Source: Patescibacteria group bacterium
GTDB lineage: Bacteria; Patescibacteriota; Patescibacteriia; 2-01-FULL-39-33
Direction of reading: 5' to 3'
Assembly: GCA_041645075.1 (NCBI GenBank)
Contig: JBAZQS010000001.1
Coordinates: 9,147-73,146 of the forward strand
DNA length: 64,000 nt
The notes beneath the pieces are model-generated. The model had not been told where the DNA came from, made no database searches, and saw nothing but the letters and a program-made list of their open reading frames with translations. This document shows, one piece after another, positions 54,405-64,000 of the stretch; positions within the stretch are counted from its first letter, which is position 1, and each line of letters opens with the position of its first letter. The position numbers were made by a program, and so were the translations under genes.

Positions 54405-55646
54405 ATGCCGAGAGATAATATCATAACCGGATTAGATGTTGGCTCAACCGCCATTAGGATTGTGGTTGGCCAAAAATCCAGAAACGATGAGCGTCTTCAT
54501 ATTGTGGGCGCGGTTGAGGCGCCGGCCCAAGGCATCAGCAAAGGAGTGGTTAATAGCGTGGAAGATGCCGTCTCCTCAATTTCTCTGGCTTTGGAAAAAA
54601 TTGAACGGATGGTGGGCCAGCCCGTTGACCATGCTTGGATTGGCATTTCCGGGAGCCACATTATCGCTCAAGAAAGCCGCGGCGTCGTGGCGGTTTCCAA
54701 GCCCGACGGCGAAATCAGAGCCGAAGACGTGGAGCGGGCGATCGGAGCGGCCCGCGCCGTTTCCATCCCGCCCAATTATGAGATAATCCATGTTATTCCC
54801 AAAAGTTTTACGGTTGATTCCCAAATCGGCATTAAAGACCCGATTGGCATGACCGGCATCCGTTTAGAAGTGGAGACGCAGATTATTCAGGGTTTAACCG
54901 CCCAAATTAAAAATTTAACCAAATGCATTTATCGCACGGGCTTGGATATTGATGACCTCGTCCTCTCGGTCTTGGCTTCGGCCGAAAGCGTTTTGACTAA
55001 TCGCCAGAAGGACTTGGGCGTGGTGGTCATGAATTTAGGCGGCGCCACCACCAGCTTATCGGTTTTTGAAGAGGGCGATGTCTTGCATACCGCGGTTTTG
55101 CCGGTTGGCTCTGAATATATTACCAACGACATCGCGATTGGTTTAAGGATATCTATTGAGACGGCGGAAAAAATTAAGGTCCGAGAGGGCAGCTGCGTCT
55201 TAAAGGATTTGAAAAAAAACGAGGAAATAAAATATTCGGAAGTTGGCGGCATTGAAGAGGGCAGTTTTTCTAAAAAACAAGTCGCTGAAATCATTGAAGC
55301 GCGGGTAGAGGAAATTATGGAAAAGGTGGATAAGGAATTGAAAAAAATTGGCAAATCGGGCATGCTTCCGGCGGGCGCGGTTTTGACCGGCGGCGGCGCC
55401 AAACTGTCCGGCCTCGTTGAAGCCGCTAAGACCTATTTGCGTCTGCCGGCCTCTCTCGGCTATCCGCAAGAGTTGGTTTCCAATTTAGACAAGGTGAGCG
55501 ATTTGTCATTTACCACCGCCATCGGCTTGGTCTTGTGGGGCAGCGAGTTGCAAAAAACGGCCAGCCATTTTCCATTTTCCCAATTTAAAACCGTTGATAA
55601 GGCCACCCACCAATTAAAAAAATGGTTTAAATCATTATTACCGTAA
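54405..55646 (+). CDS. ftsA: Cell division protein FtsA
   Basis: Actin-like ATPase, ITGLDVGSTAIRIVVG N-terminus, 413 aa. Confidence 0.9.
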   Translation: MPRDNIITGLDVGSTAIRIVVGQKSRNDERLHIVGAVEAPAQGISKGVVNSVEDAVSSISLALEKIERMVGQPVDHAWIGISGSHIIAQESRGVVAVSKPDGEIRAEDVERAIGAARAVSIPPNYEIIHVIPKSFTVDSQIGIKDPIGMTGIRLEVETQIIQGLTAQIKNLTKCIYRTGLDIDDLVLSVLASAESVLTNRQKDLGVVVMNLGGATTSLSVFEEGDVLHTAVLPVGSEYITNDIAIGLRISIETAEKIKVREGSCVLKDLKKNEEIKYSEVGGIEEGSFSKKQVAEIIEARVEEIMEKVDKELKKIGKSGMLPAGAVLTGGGAKLSGLVEAAKTYLRLPASLGYPQELVSNLDKVSDLSFTTAIGLVLWGSELQKTASHFPFSQFKTVDKATHQLKKWFKSLLP

Positions 55647-55659
55647 ATAAGGCAAAATG

Positions 55660-55770
55660 TAAAATGTAAATATCAAATATCAAAATGACAATGTAAAATT
55701 AAAAATTTTAAATTTTGAACTGTCATTTTCCATTTTGATTTTTACATTTTCAATTATTTATCATTAAAAT
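55660..55770. repeat. AT-rich long inverted repeat in the ftsA-ftsZ spacer
   Basis: atgtaaaatgtaaatatcaaatatcaaaatgacaatgtaaaatt ... tgtcattttccattttgatttttacattttcaat are roughly reverse-complementary. Confidence 0.45.
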
Positions 55771-55776
55771 AAAATT

Positions 55777-56973
55777 ATGCCCGAAATAAAACCGGAAATA
55801 GAAACATTTGCCAAAATAAAAGTCGTGGGAATCGGCGGATCTGGCTGCTCGGCGATCAATCGGATGATCGCGTCCAAGATTAAGGGGGTGGAATTTATTG
55901 CCATCAATACCGATGTGCAGGCGCTTCATCATAATGACGCGAAAATAAAATTACACATCGGCCAAGCTACGACCAAGGGTTTGGGCGCGGGCATGAATCC
56001 GGAAATTGGTTTCCAATCCGCCCAAGAAAACATCAATGACATTCGGGACTTGCTTAAGAATGCTGACATGGTTTTTATTACCTGTGGCATGGGCGGCGGC
56101 ACGGGCACGGGCGCGGCGCCGATCATCGCGGCCGTGGCTAAAGAGCTTGGGGCATTAGTGGTCGCGGTGGTGACCAAGCCGTTTTCTTTTGAGGGCGCGC
56201 AAAGAGCGGAAATCGCCGAACGCGGACATCGGGAACTGTGCGACCGGGTGGATACGATCATTACCATTCCCAATGATAAAATTTTACAGATAATAGACAA
56301 AAAAACCTCTCTATTGGACGCTTTTACGGTGGTGGACGATGTTTTGAGGCAGGGGGTTCAGGGCATTTCCGAACTAATTACCATACCCGGCTTGATTAAT
56401 GTGGATTTTGCCGATGTCAAGTCAATTATGAAGGATTCGGGCTCGGCTTTAATGGGTATTGGCGAGATGGGTGGCGACAATCGGGCCGTGGCGGCAGCCA
56501 AAAAGGCCATTTCCTCGCCCCTGCTGGATGTTTCCATTGACGGCGCTAAGGGCATTTTATTTACCATTACCGGCGGTTTGGGTTTGACTATGGATGAAGT
56601 CAATGAAGCCGCTAATGTGATTACGGAAAGCGCTGACGACAATGCCCGCATAATTTTTGGCGCGGTTATTGATGAAGGTTTAAAAGATAAAGTCAGAATC
56701 ACGGTCGTGGCCACCGGTTTTGGCGGCCAGGAAGCAGGCGCCAAGGCCTCGTTTGAGGAGCCGAAATATTCAATGAACAGATTGTTTTCCAAAAAAATTA
56801 TAGAGGATAAAATGGCTGACGGCAAAGGCCCCAATTTTAATAGATATCCTTCGGAGGTCTCCGACCGGGAGCCGTTTAGGCCGGCCATGATGCCCCAGTC
56901 CGCCAAACCCCGACAAACCGCCGAGGAAGAGGACTTGGAAATTCCGGCTTTCATCAGAAAGAAAATGAAATAG
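55777..56973 (+). CDS. ftsZ: Cell division protein FtsZ
   Basis: Tubulin signature [13 protein letters not shown]; 398 aa. Confidence 0.93.
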   Translation: MPEIKPEIETFAKIKVVGIGGSGCSAINRMIASKIKGVEFIAINTDVQALHHNDAKIKLHIGQATTKGLGAGMNPEIGFQSAQENINDIRDLLKNADMVFITCGMGGGTGTGAAPIIAAVAKELGALVVAVVTKPFSFEGAQRAEIAERGHRELCDRVDTIITIPNDKILQIIDKKTSLLDAFTVVDDVLRQGVQGISELITIPGLINVDFADVKSIMKDSGSALMGIGEMGGDNRAVAAAKKAISSPLLDVSIDGAKGILFTITGGLGLTMDEVNEAANVITESADDNARIIFGAVIDEGLKDKVRITVVATGFGGQEAGAKASFEEPKYSMNRLFSKKIIEDKMADGKGPNFNRYPSEVSDREPFRPAMMPQSAKPRQTAEEEDLEIPAFIRKKMK

Positions 56974-57180
56974 AAATTTATTTATCCACAAGAGCCATAA
57001 ATTTTTAAAAAATCCCATAAAATCCGCGCTTTGACACCTGTCTTGGGAGTGGTATAATTAATATTGCTGGCGGAGAGGTAGAGAAACAGATCTAGTAATT
57101 AATTTGGATTTTAAAATTCAAGTTTAAACCCCTAGGTCTTTTTTTATTACGAAATTTTAGGCGCCATTATCTAAAATCCT

Positions 57181-60100
57181 ATGGAACCAAATGTCATCAA
57201 GCAAGTCAGAAAAAGAGAGGGTGATATCGTTGATTTTAGCCAAGATAAAATTACCCAGGCCGTATATAAGGCGCTCAAAGCCGTGGGGCGTGATGATGAA
57301 GCCCTGTCCCTGGAATTATCAGATAAGGTGGTTCGCATTTTAAACAACAAATTTCACTATCGTTCAATTCCGGCCATTGAGGAAATCCAGGATATGGTGG
57401 AAGAGGTTTTAATCAAAGAGGATTTAGTCAAAGCGGCCAAGGCCTATATTATTTATCGGGAACAGCACAGCCGTTTGCGCGATTTGAAAAAATTAATTGA
57501 CTCGGATGATGTCATCAACGGCTATTTAAAACAATTGGACTGGCGGGTTAAGGAAAACGCCAATATGGCCTACTCTTTGCAGGGTTTGAATAACCATGTG
57601 GCGTCGGCGGTGAGTTCGCATTATTGGCTTAACCGGGTTTATCCGCCGGAAATCAGAGAAGCCCATGTGAGCGGCGCTATTCATCTTCATGATTTGCAAA
57701 TTTTGGCGGTTTATTGCTGCGGTTGGGATTTGCAGGCCTTGCTTCGGCTTGGCTTCGGCGGGGTGGAGGGCAAGATTCACAGCAAGCCGGCCAAGCATCT
57801 TCGCGTGGCTTTAAGCCAGATGGTTAATTTTTTCTATACTCTGCAGGGCGAAGCGGCCGGCGCCGAGGCTTTTGCTAATTTTGACACTCTTTTGGCGCCT
57901 TTTGTCCGCTATGACGGCTTAGGTGAAAAAGAAGTCAGGCAAGCCATGCAGGAATTTATTTTCGGCATGAATGTGCCGACTCGAGTAGGATTTCAGACCC
58001 CATTTACAAATTTAACTTTTGATTTGATCTGCCCGTCGATTATGGCCAATGAGGTCGTCATTATCGGCGGCTTGCCCCAGAAAGAGACCTACAAAGAATT
58101 CCAGCCGGAAATGGATATGATTAATCGGGCTTTTGCCGAGGTAATGATGGCCGGCGACGCCAATGGCCGGGTCTTTACTTTTCCCATCCCGACCTATAAT
58201 ATTTCAGTCGATTTTAATTGGGACAATAAAGTCCTTGACCCGATTTGGGAAATGACGGCCAAGTACGGGATTCCTTATTTCGCTAATTTTGTAAATAGCG
58301 ATATGAAGCCCGAGGATGCGAGGAGTATGTGCATTTCACCGAAAGAAGAAGTCCTGGTCCGCAATCGCGCCAATATAAAACGTTTAAGCTTCGGCCAGAT
58401 GGTGGATAAATATCGAAAGACCGAATTTGACCAAGACGGCTGGGCCGACTGCGATTTAAACAAGAATCTTGAACTGCTTTCCTTAAATCCCGAAACCGGT
58501 AAAATGGAATGGGCGAGGGCAAAAAGATTTCTTAAAGTGGAAGACAACCGGCAAATTCGGATTATCGCCGAAGACGGCAAGAGTTTCGAGGTTTCCTCAA
58601 AGCACATTGTCCCGGTTCTGACCGAAAACGGCATCATTAATAAATTCGCCAAAGATATTAAAAACGGCGATTATCTGCTTAACTTAAAAAAAGCCGATGA
58701 GATATTAAACACCGCCTATCAACATATTGATGATTTTGTTCTTAACGAAGATCTAGCGAAAATTTTGGGATTTTTTACGGCTGACGGCAATTACCTTTTT
58801 GAAAACAGAAAAAATATGAAGGCCTTGGGTCAGCCGAGAGGGATGCAATTTACTTTTAACGCGCAGACGAAAAAGGATTTGGCTGAAGTCAAGGAATTAA
58901 TAGAAAAAGTTTTTAAAACGGCGGTTAAAGAAAAAAAAGATCCGCGTTACAACAGTTATTATTTGTATATTTATAATACCGGCTTGGCGAGAAAATTATT
59001 TGACGCGGGATTTAAAAAATACGGCCATCTGCCCGATATTATTTTCAATTCGCCAATCGCGGTGATTGAGAGTTTTTTGGATTATCATTTTCGAGGCGAC
59101 GGACACGAAAAGAGAAAAGAAATTCATATTAATGATAAAGAATTAGCCCGCGACTTGGTGATTCTTTATTCGTTAATCGGTCGGCCTGTAACTTATCGGG
59201 AAAGAAAGAAAAGCCAAGTTGTTTACATTCAGCACCAAAAATCAAAAATAAATAAAAAAGGAATTTTAAGTAATCCCGTGATCGCCGAAAGAGTGCCCGG
59301 ATTTTTAGCCAAGTCCACTTATTTGGTCCCCGGTTTGAATAAATCAAGAATGGTCGGGTTCGACGCCTTGGACAAATATCAGGCGCAAACAAAATTCAGT
59401 TTAAGTATTAAAAACAGCGATTATTACATTGTTAGAGTGAAAAAAGTGGTTCAGAAAATTTTTACAAAAGCGCGCGCGTTTTTTGACGTGGAATTGGAAA
59501 CAAATCATCTTTTTGTTCATTCTTTGGGAGTGATTACTCATAATTGTTGCCGGCTTCGGCTCGACAACCGCGAACTGCGCAAGCGCGGCGGCGGCCTTTT
59601 CGCGGCCAACCCTCTCACCGGTTCTATCGGCGTGGTCACCATTAATATGTCGCGTATCGGCTATTTATCAAAAACCCGGGACGAATATTTTAACCGTTTG
59701 GGCCAGACCATGGATTTGGCCAAGCAAAGTTTGCAGTTAAAGCGGGAAATACTGGAAAGTTTTACCGAGCAGGGGCTTTATCCCTACAGTAAATATTATT
59801 TAAAAGATATTAAGGAGAGATTTGGCGAGTATTGGCGAAATCATTTTAATACCATTGGCCTTAATGGCATGAATGAGTCGTTGCTCAACTTTATGAAGCG
59901 GCCGCTTTCCACCAAAGAAGGGCAGGAATTTGCCCTGGAAGTGATGGATTTTATGCTTCAAAGATTGGGAAAATATCAGGAGGGCGACAATCAATTATAT
60001 AATTTAGAAGCCACGCCGGCCGAAGGCGCCACTTATCGTTTTGCCAAAAAAGATAAAGAATTGTATCCGGATATAATTGTGGCCAATGAGGAGGCCTACC

Positions 60101-60444
60101 AAGAAAGCGGCGCCGCGCCTTATTATACGAATTCCACGCATCTGCCCGTTAATTTTTCCACGGATATTTTTGAGGTTTTGGAAAAGCAGGATGTTTTACA
60201 GACAAAATATACGGGCGGCACGGTTGTCCACGGTTTCTTGGGCGAGCGGATGCCGGACGCCGAGAGCACGAAAAATTTAGTCAGAAAAATCGCGGAAAAT
60301 TTCCATTTGCCTTATTATACTTTGACGCCGACTTTTTCCATTTGTCCCAAGCACGGTTATCTGGCCGGCGAGCATAGATTCTGCCCGATTTGCGATGAAG
60401 AGATTGGTTATATCAGGGAGCAGGAAGAAAAATTGCCTCTTTAA
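57181..60444 (+). CDS. nrdD: Anaerobic ribonucleoside-triphosphate reductase NrdD (class III) containing an intein and lacking the glycyl-radical C-terminal peptide, which is on a separate ORF
   Basis: N-terminal ATP-cone. Class III RNR body. C-terminal Zn-ribbon-like CPKHGYLAGEHRFCPIC, then stop. Exteins flank the intein as ...EDARSM | CCRLRLDNREL. Confidence 0.85.
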   Translation: MEPNVIKQVRKREGDIVDFSQDKITQAVYKALKAVGRDDEALSLELSDKVVRILNNKFHYRSIPAIEEIQDMVEEVLIKEDLVKAAKAYIIYREQHSRLRDLKKLIDSDDVINGYLKQLDWRVKENANMAYSLQGLNNHVASAVSSHYWLNRVYPPEIREAHVSGAIHLHDLQILAVYCCGWDLQALLRLGFGGVEGKIHSKPAKHLRVALSQMVNFFYTLQGEAAGAEAFANFDTLLAPFVRYDGLGEKEVRQAMQEFIFGMNVPTRVGFQTPFTNLTFDLICPSIMANEVVIIGGLPQKETYKEFQPEMDMINRAFAEVMMAGDANGRVFTFPIPTYNISVDFNWDNKVLDPIWEMTAKYGIPYFANFVNSDMKPEDARSMCISPKEEVLVRNRANIKRLSFGQMVDKYRKTEFDQDGWADCDLNKNLELLSLNPETGKMEWARAKRFLKVEDNRQIRIIAEDGKSFEVSSKHIVPVLTENGIINKFAKDIKNGDYLLNLKKADEILNTAYQHIDDFVLNEDLAKILGFFTADGNYLFENRKNMKALGQPRGMQFTFNAQTKKDLAEVKELIEKVFKTAVKEKKDPRYNSYYLYIYNTGLARKLFDAGFKKYGHLPDIIFNSPIAVIESFLDYHFRGDGHEKRKEIHINDKELARDLVILYSLIGRPVTYRERKKSQVVYIQHQKSKINKKGILSNPVIAERVPGFLAKSTYLVPGLNKSRMVGFDALDKYQAQTKFSLSIKNSDYYIVRVKKVVQKIFTKARAFFDVELETNHLFVHSLGVITHNCCRLRLDNRELRKRGGGLFAANPLTGSIGVVTINMSRIGYLSKTRDEYFNRLGQTMDLAKQSLQLKREILESFTEQGLYPYSKYYLKDIKERFGEYWRNHFNTIGLNGMNESLLNFMKRPLSTKEGQEFALEVMDFMLQRLGKYQEGDNQLYNLEATPAEGATYRFAKKDKELYPDIIVANEEAYQESGAAPYYTNSTHLPVNFSTDIFEVLEKQDVLQTKYTGGTVVHGFLGERMPDAESTKNLVRKIAENFHLPYYTLTPTFSICPKHGYLAGEHRFCPICDEEIGYIREQEEKLPL
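58330..59544 (+). mobile_element. Intein (405 aa) with LAGLIDADG homing-endonuclease domain inside nrdD
   Basis: Starts at Cys (CISPKEEVL...) and ends ...SLGVITHN, followed by +1 Cys (CCRL). Internal LAKILGFFTADGNY and ESFLDYHFRGDGH LAGLIDADG-like blocks. Length is a multiple of three (1215 nt). Confidence 0.8.
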
Positions 60445-60477
60445 ATTCGTAATTTTTAATTCGTAATTATATATTTT

Positions 60478-60639
60478 ATGGAAGGTGAACAAACAAAATC
60501 GGAAAGACAGCCCTGCGAGGTTTATTCGCGGGTTGTCGGTTATCTCCGCCCGGTGGACCAATGGAATCCGGGCAAGCAGTCGGAATTTATAGACCGTAAG
60601 TCCTTTGCGGTTTGCGGTTGCGCGGCTGAGCCGTTATAA
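60478..60639 (+). CDS. Small ORF (53 aa) encoding the NrdD glycyl-radical C-terminal peptide (RVVGYL motif)
   Basis: MEGEQTKSERQPCEVYSRVVGYLRPVDQWNPGKQSEFIDRKSF... parallels the E. coli NrdD C-terminus ...TRRVCGYLGSPDARPFNAGKQEEVKRRV. It lies 32 nt downstream of the nrdD stop and in a different frame; it is below the ORF-track size cutoff. Confidence 0.7.
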   Translation: MEGEQTKSERQPCEVYSRVVGYLRPVDQWNPGKQSEFIDRKSFAVCGCAAEPL

Positions 60640-60646
60640 ATCCGTT

Positions 60647-61342
60647 ATGAAAATAGGCGGATTACAGCCGGTAACCCTACTGGATTATCCCCAGAAAGTG
60701 GCAGCGATAATATTCACCCTTGGTTGCGATATGCGCTGTCCTTTTTGTTATAATCCGAATTTGGTCTGGCCCGATTTAATCAAGAAAGCAAATTTGTTGC
60801 CGGAAACGGACTTGTTTTCTTTTTTAAAGCGCCGCCGGAAATATTTAGACGGCGTTTGCCTGACAGGCGGCGAGCCGCTGCTCCAGCCGGACCTGATTTC
60901 TTTTTTGGAGAAAATAAAAAAACTTGGTTATTCAGTTAAATTAGACACCAATGGCTTGAGGCCGGATATTTTGAAAAAATTAATGGCCGGCGGGTTGATT
61001 GATTACGCGGCCATGGACATCAAGGGCCCGTTAGAACAATATGAAAAATTCTGCGGCGTAAAAATAAACGGCGGTGAGATTAAAAAAAGTATCGGCCTGA
61101 TTATAAAGAGCGGTCTGGATTATGAATTTAGAAGCACTTTAGTCAAGGGATTGCATAAAAAATCTGATATTGTTAAGATGGCAAAGTTAATTAAAGGCGC
61201 CGGTAAATATTTTTTACAAAATTTTAATCCGCAAGCGGTTTTGGTGGGCGGAAAATTTAAGGGCGCAAGTTTTACGCAAAAAGAAATGGCGGAGTTTTGC
61301 CGCTTGGCGGGAAAATATGTCAATATGTGTAAAGTTAGGTAG
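60647..61342 (+). CDS. nrdG: Anaerobic ribonucleotide reductase activating protein NrdG (radical SAM)
   Basis: CxxxCxxC cluster GCDMRCPFCYNP. Likely start MKIGGLQPVTLLDYP (60647); the ORF track starts at 60605. Confidence 0.85.
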   Translation: MKIGGLQPVTLLDYPQKVAAIIFTLGCDMRCPFCYNPNLVWPDLIKKANLLPETDLFSFLKRRRKYLDGVCLTGGEPLLQPDLISFLEKIKKLGYSVKLDTNGLRPDILKKLMAGGLIDYAAMDIKGPLEQYEKFCGVKINGGEIKKSIGLIIKSGLDYEFRSTLVKGLHKKSDIVKMAKLIKGAGKYFLQNFNPQAVLVGGKFKGASFTQKEMAEFCRLAGKYVNMCKVR

Positions 61343-61362
61343 GATGGTGTTATAATTAATTT

Positions 61363-62473
61363 ATGAAAGAAATATTTTCACAAATCAAAGATTTACAAGG
61401 CAAAATCTCTGGAAGCTGGAGGTTGCTTTGACTTGGATAAATCGCAAAAAGAAATAAGCAAACTGGAACAGGAAATTTTCCAGCCGGATTTTTGGCAAGA
61501 GGCAAATCGGGCGAAAGCGATAAGCAAAAAATACGAGGATTTGAAAAAGGAATTTGACCAGTGGCGGATTTTAAAAAACGAAATTGATGATTTATCGGAA
61601 TTGGCGGAGGTAGCCGAAAATGATGAAAATTTGGCTAAGGAAATTAATGAAAAATTTACCAAAGCGGAAAAAAAGTTTTCCAAATTAGAATTTCAAGTTT
61701 TATTTTCCGGAGTCCACGATAAAAATAATGCTATTTTGTCTATTCACGCGGGCACGGGCGGGGTAGACGCGCAGGACTGGGCCGAGATACTTTTGCGAAT
61801 GTATTTAAGATTTTGCGAAATACACGGTTTTGAGGCGAGAGTGATTGATAAGAGCGCGGGCAGTGAAGCCGGCGTAAAAAGTGTCGTGGTAGAGGTTATT
61901 GGCCGCCATGCTTATGGTTGGCTTCGGTCGGAAAATGGCGTTCATCGCCTGGTGCGCATTTCGCCCTTTGACGCGGAAAAAATGAGACACACCTCCTTTG
62001 CTTTAGTGGAAGTGCTTCCTGAATTGGCCGAAGAGAAAGACCCGTCGGCGCCGGCAGGAATCGGACTTAAAGATTCGGATTTAAGAATCGAGGTCATGCG
62101 CGCGGGCGGCCACGGCGGCCAAAGCGTTAATACCACGGATTCAGCGGTGCGTATCACTCATATTCCCACGGGCATTGTCGTCAAGTGCCAGAATGAGCGG
62201 TCGCAACTGCAGAATAAAAATAACGCCTTTAAAATTTTAAAAGCCAAACTGCTTAAAATCAGCGAGGAAAAAGAAAGCGAAGAAATTAAAAAAATAAAAG
62301 GCGATTATCAGAAAGCCGAATGGGGCAATCAGGCGCGGTCTTATGTGATGCAACCGTATAAATTAGTCAAAGACCACCGCACTAATTACGAAACGCCGGA
62401 TATTGACCGCGTGCTTAACGGCGAAATTGATGATTTTGTGGAAAATTATTTGAGATATAAAATTGCAAAATAA
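61363..62473 (+). CDS. prfB: Peptide chain release factor 2 with programmed +1 ribosomal frameshift
   Basis: Frame 0 is MKEIFSQIKDLQGKISGSWRLL-TGA. The shift site ggagg-ttg-CTT-TGA-C at 61415-61432 continues in +1 as DLDKSQKE... The body has SPF (RISPFD) and GGQ (HGGQSVN) motifs. Confidence 0.85.
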
Positions 62474-62482
62474 TAATTAAAA

Positions 62483-64000
62483 ATGCAGTGGAGGGCATTG
62501 ATAAATTCCAAATCAAAAATATTTTTAATTTGTTTATTGGGTTTTATGGCCGGCGTGGCTATAAGTAATTTTTTTAAAATAGGCGATTTCATAATTTTTT
62601 GCCTGGTTTTATTCTTAATAATCTTGCTGATTATTTTTTGGCAAAATAAAAATTGGCGGCTCATAATTTTATGGGGCGTTTTTTTATTTTTGGGAATTTG
62701 GCGCTTTCAAATCGGACTGCCGGATTATAATGAGGCCGGCCAGATTTATCATTATAATAACCAGCCGCTTAAATTCTCCGGCATAATTGCCAATATTGAC
62801 GAAAGAATAAGCAATCAGAAATTAACCATCAAGGCGGAAAAACTGATTAATGGCCAAAAAATCAAGGGCAAGGTTTTGATTACCACCGGCCTATATCCCA
62901 AATATCATTATGGCGACCGATTAGAGATTGATTGCCAATTAAAAAAGCCGGAAAATTTTCAAGACTTTGATTACGAAAAATATCTGGCCCGATATGATAT
63001 TTATTCTATTTGCCGTTTTGCCAGAATTTCCCTCCTCCCCCTTACCAAGGGGGAGGTTGGGAGGGGGTTAAATAATGCGGCCATAAAATCCAACCGCGCT
63101 ATTTTAACCTTTAAAAATAAATTATTGGACGGTTTAAGCCAAGCCATAAACGAACCGCAGGCCTCTATTTTGCAGGCCATGATTTTGGGAAATCGCGGCG
63201 GAATTCCCCGGGAATTATTAGACAAATTTTCTAATAGCGGCATCAGCCACATCATTGCCATCTCGGGCATGAATATCACGATTATTGTTTTCTTATTTAT
63301 GCAGGTGTTAATCAACCTCGGCGTTATCAGGCAAAAAGCGTTCTGGCTGGCTTCGGCCGGCATTTTGATTTTTGTTTTAATGATCGGCGACCAGGCCTCG
63401 GCTTTGCGCGCCGCCATTATGGGCATCGTGGTTTTATACGCGCAAAAAATCGGGCGGCTGAATAATTCTTTAAACGCCGTTATTTTTGCCGCCTCGCTTA
63501 TGCTTTTGATTAATCCCAAATTATTATTGTCCGATGTCGGCTTCCAGCTTTCCTTTATGGCGATTTTGGGCTTGCTTTATCTGCCGCCGATTTTTGAAAA
63601 ATATTTTGCAAAAATTTCCGACCGCGGGCAAATCAAAACCATGGCCATCACCACCATCTCCGCCCAAATTATGACCCTGCCCCTAATTATTTTTTATTTC
63701 CATAAATTGTCTTTGGTCTCGGTTTTTACCAACGCGCTGATCTTGCCCCTGGTTCCGTTTTTGACTATCTGGGGCTTAACCAATGCCGCGGCCTCCCTTT
63801 TTTCTTTATGGCTCGGGCAAGTCATGGGATTTGTGAGCTGGCTGGGCGTTGGCTATATTCTCCGGATAGTTGAGTGGTCTTTAAAAATTCCCTTTGCTTA
63901 TCTGGAAAATTTTTATATTAATATATTGGCGCTGGCTGGATTATACGGCTTAATTTTTTGGTGGATTTTTAGATCAAGGGCGAATAATGTTATAATTAAA
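62483..64000 (+). CDS. comEC: ComEC/Rec2-family competence membrane protein (partial, continues past the window end)
   Basis: ATG at 62483, open to the window end. DUF4131-like N-terminus and competence domain (GISHIIAISGMNITII, ALRAAIMGIVV). Confidence 0.75.
   Translation, partial: MQWRALINSKSKIFLICLLGFMAGVAISNFFKIGDFIIFCLVLFLIILLIIFWQNKNWRLIILWGVFLFLGIWRFQIGLPDYNEAGQIYHYNNQPLKFSGIIANIDERISNQKLTIKAEKLINGQKIKGKVLITTGLYPKYHYGDRLEIDCQLKKPENFQDFDYEKYLARYDIYSICRFARISLLPLTKGEVGRGLNNAAIKSNRAILTFKNKLLDGLSQAINEPQASILQAMILGNRGGIPRELLDKFSNSGISHIIAISGMNITIIVFLFMQVLINLGVIRQKAFWLASAGILIFVLMIGDQASALRAAIMGIVVLYAQKIGRLNNSLNAVIFAASLMLLINPKLLLSDVGFQLSFMAILGLLYLPPIFEKYFAKISDRGQIKTMAITTISAQIMTLPLIIFYFHKLSLVSVFTNALILPLVPFLTIWGLTNAAASLFSLWLGQVMGFVSWLGVGYILRIVEWSLKIPFAYLENFYINILALAGLYGLIFWWIFRSRANNVIIK

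Noticed and set aside
62446-63519. Minus-strand ORFs 62446..62664 and 63001..63519
   Set aside because: They are antisense to the well-supported comEC ORF and its upstream region; low-complexity shadows.
1-64000. CRISPR arrays, transposases, rRNA genes
   Set aside because: No regularly spaced direct repeats with unique spacers, no DDE or serine recombinase ORFs, and no rRNA-like sequence were seen.

Overview
This window is mostly coding and looks like a small, streamlined bacterial genome. Gene content resembles a Candidate Phyla Radiation / Patescibacteria-type organism; that is inference from gene content only, as no rRNA is present.

Housekeeping genes:
- Ribosome and translation: rplT-rpmI-infC, smpB with a tmRNA I located by eye, glyQS, hisS, rpsU, pth, der, prfB with its programmed +1 frameshift site.
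- Other core: ftsA-ftsZ, parA-parB, topA, dprA, rel/spoT, lepB, ybeY.
- Anaerobic ribonucleotide reductase nrdD-nrdG.
- Seven tRNA genes, all located by eye.

Four accessory or unusual regions are interleaved with these:
1. 1-6300: a tRNA-Asp whose 3' end and terminator are repeated about 210 bp downstream (att-like). It is followed by a Fic-family protein with a degenerate catalytic motif, then a tandem array of four mosaic secreted or membrane proteins that share modules and flanking hairpins. One array member is disrupted by a 46-bp tandem duplication and a 2-nt deletion.
2. 18.7-21.2 kb: a tRNA cluster in which tRNA-Met(CAT) and an upstream repeat block occur twice. The two copies bracket a secreted beta-helix protein that is a paralog of the C-terminus of the giant protein in region 3.
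3. 35.7-53.8 kb: an 18-kb surface-protein locus. Two giant ORFs of 1163 aa and 4092 aa share a near-identical N-terminal signal and helical-hairpin anchor module. They carry Cys-rich repeats, a LamG lectin domain, Myxococcus-type Cys-rich repeats, thrombospondin type-3 Ca-binding repeats and a C-terminal parallel beta-helix. Two smaller membrane proteins with EF-hand/TSP3-like DxDxDG loops follow.
4. 57.1-61.4 kb: nrdD interrupted by a 405-aa LAGLIDADG intein at the SM|CC active-site motif. Its glycyl-radical C-terminal peptide (RVVGYL) lies on a separate 53-aa ORF, 32 nt downstream and out of frame.

An atypical roughly 100-nt tRNA-like gene has His-like G-1/C73 identity and a 32-nt anticodon loop. 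Several long inverted-repeat elements sit in intergenic spacers.

No CRISPR array, transposase or rRNA was seen.
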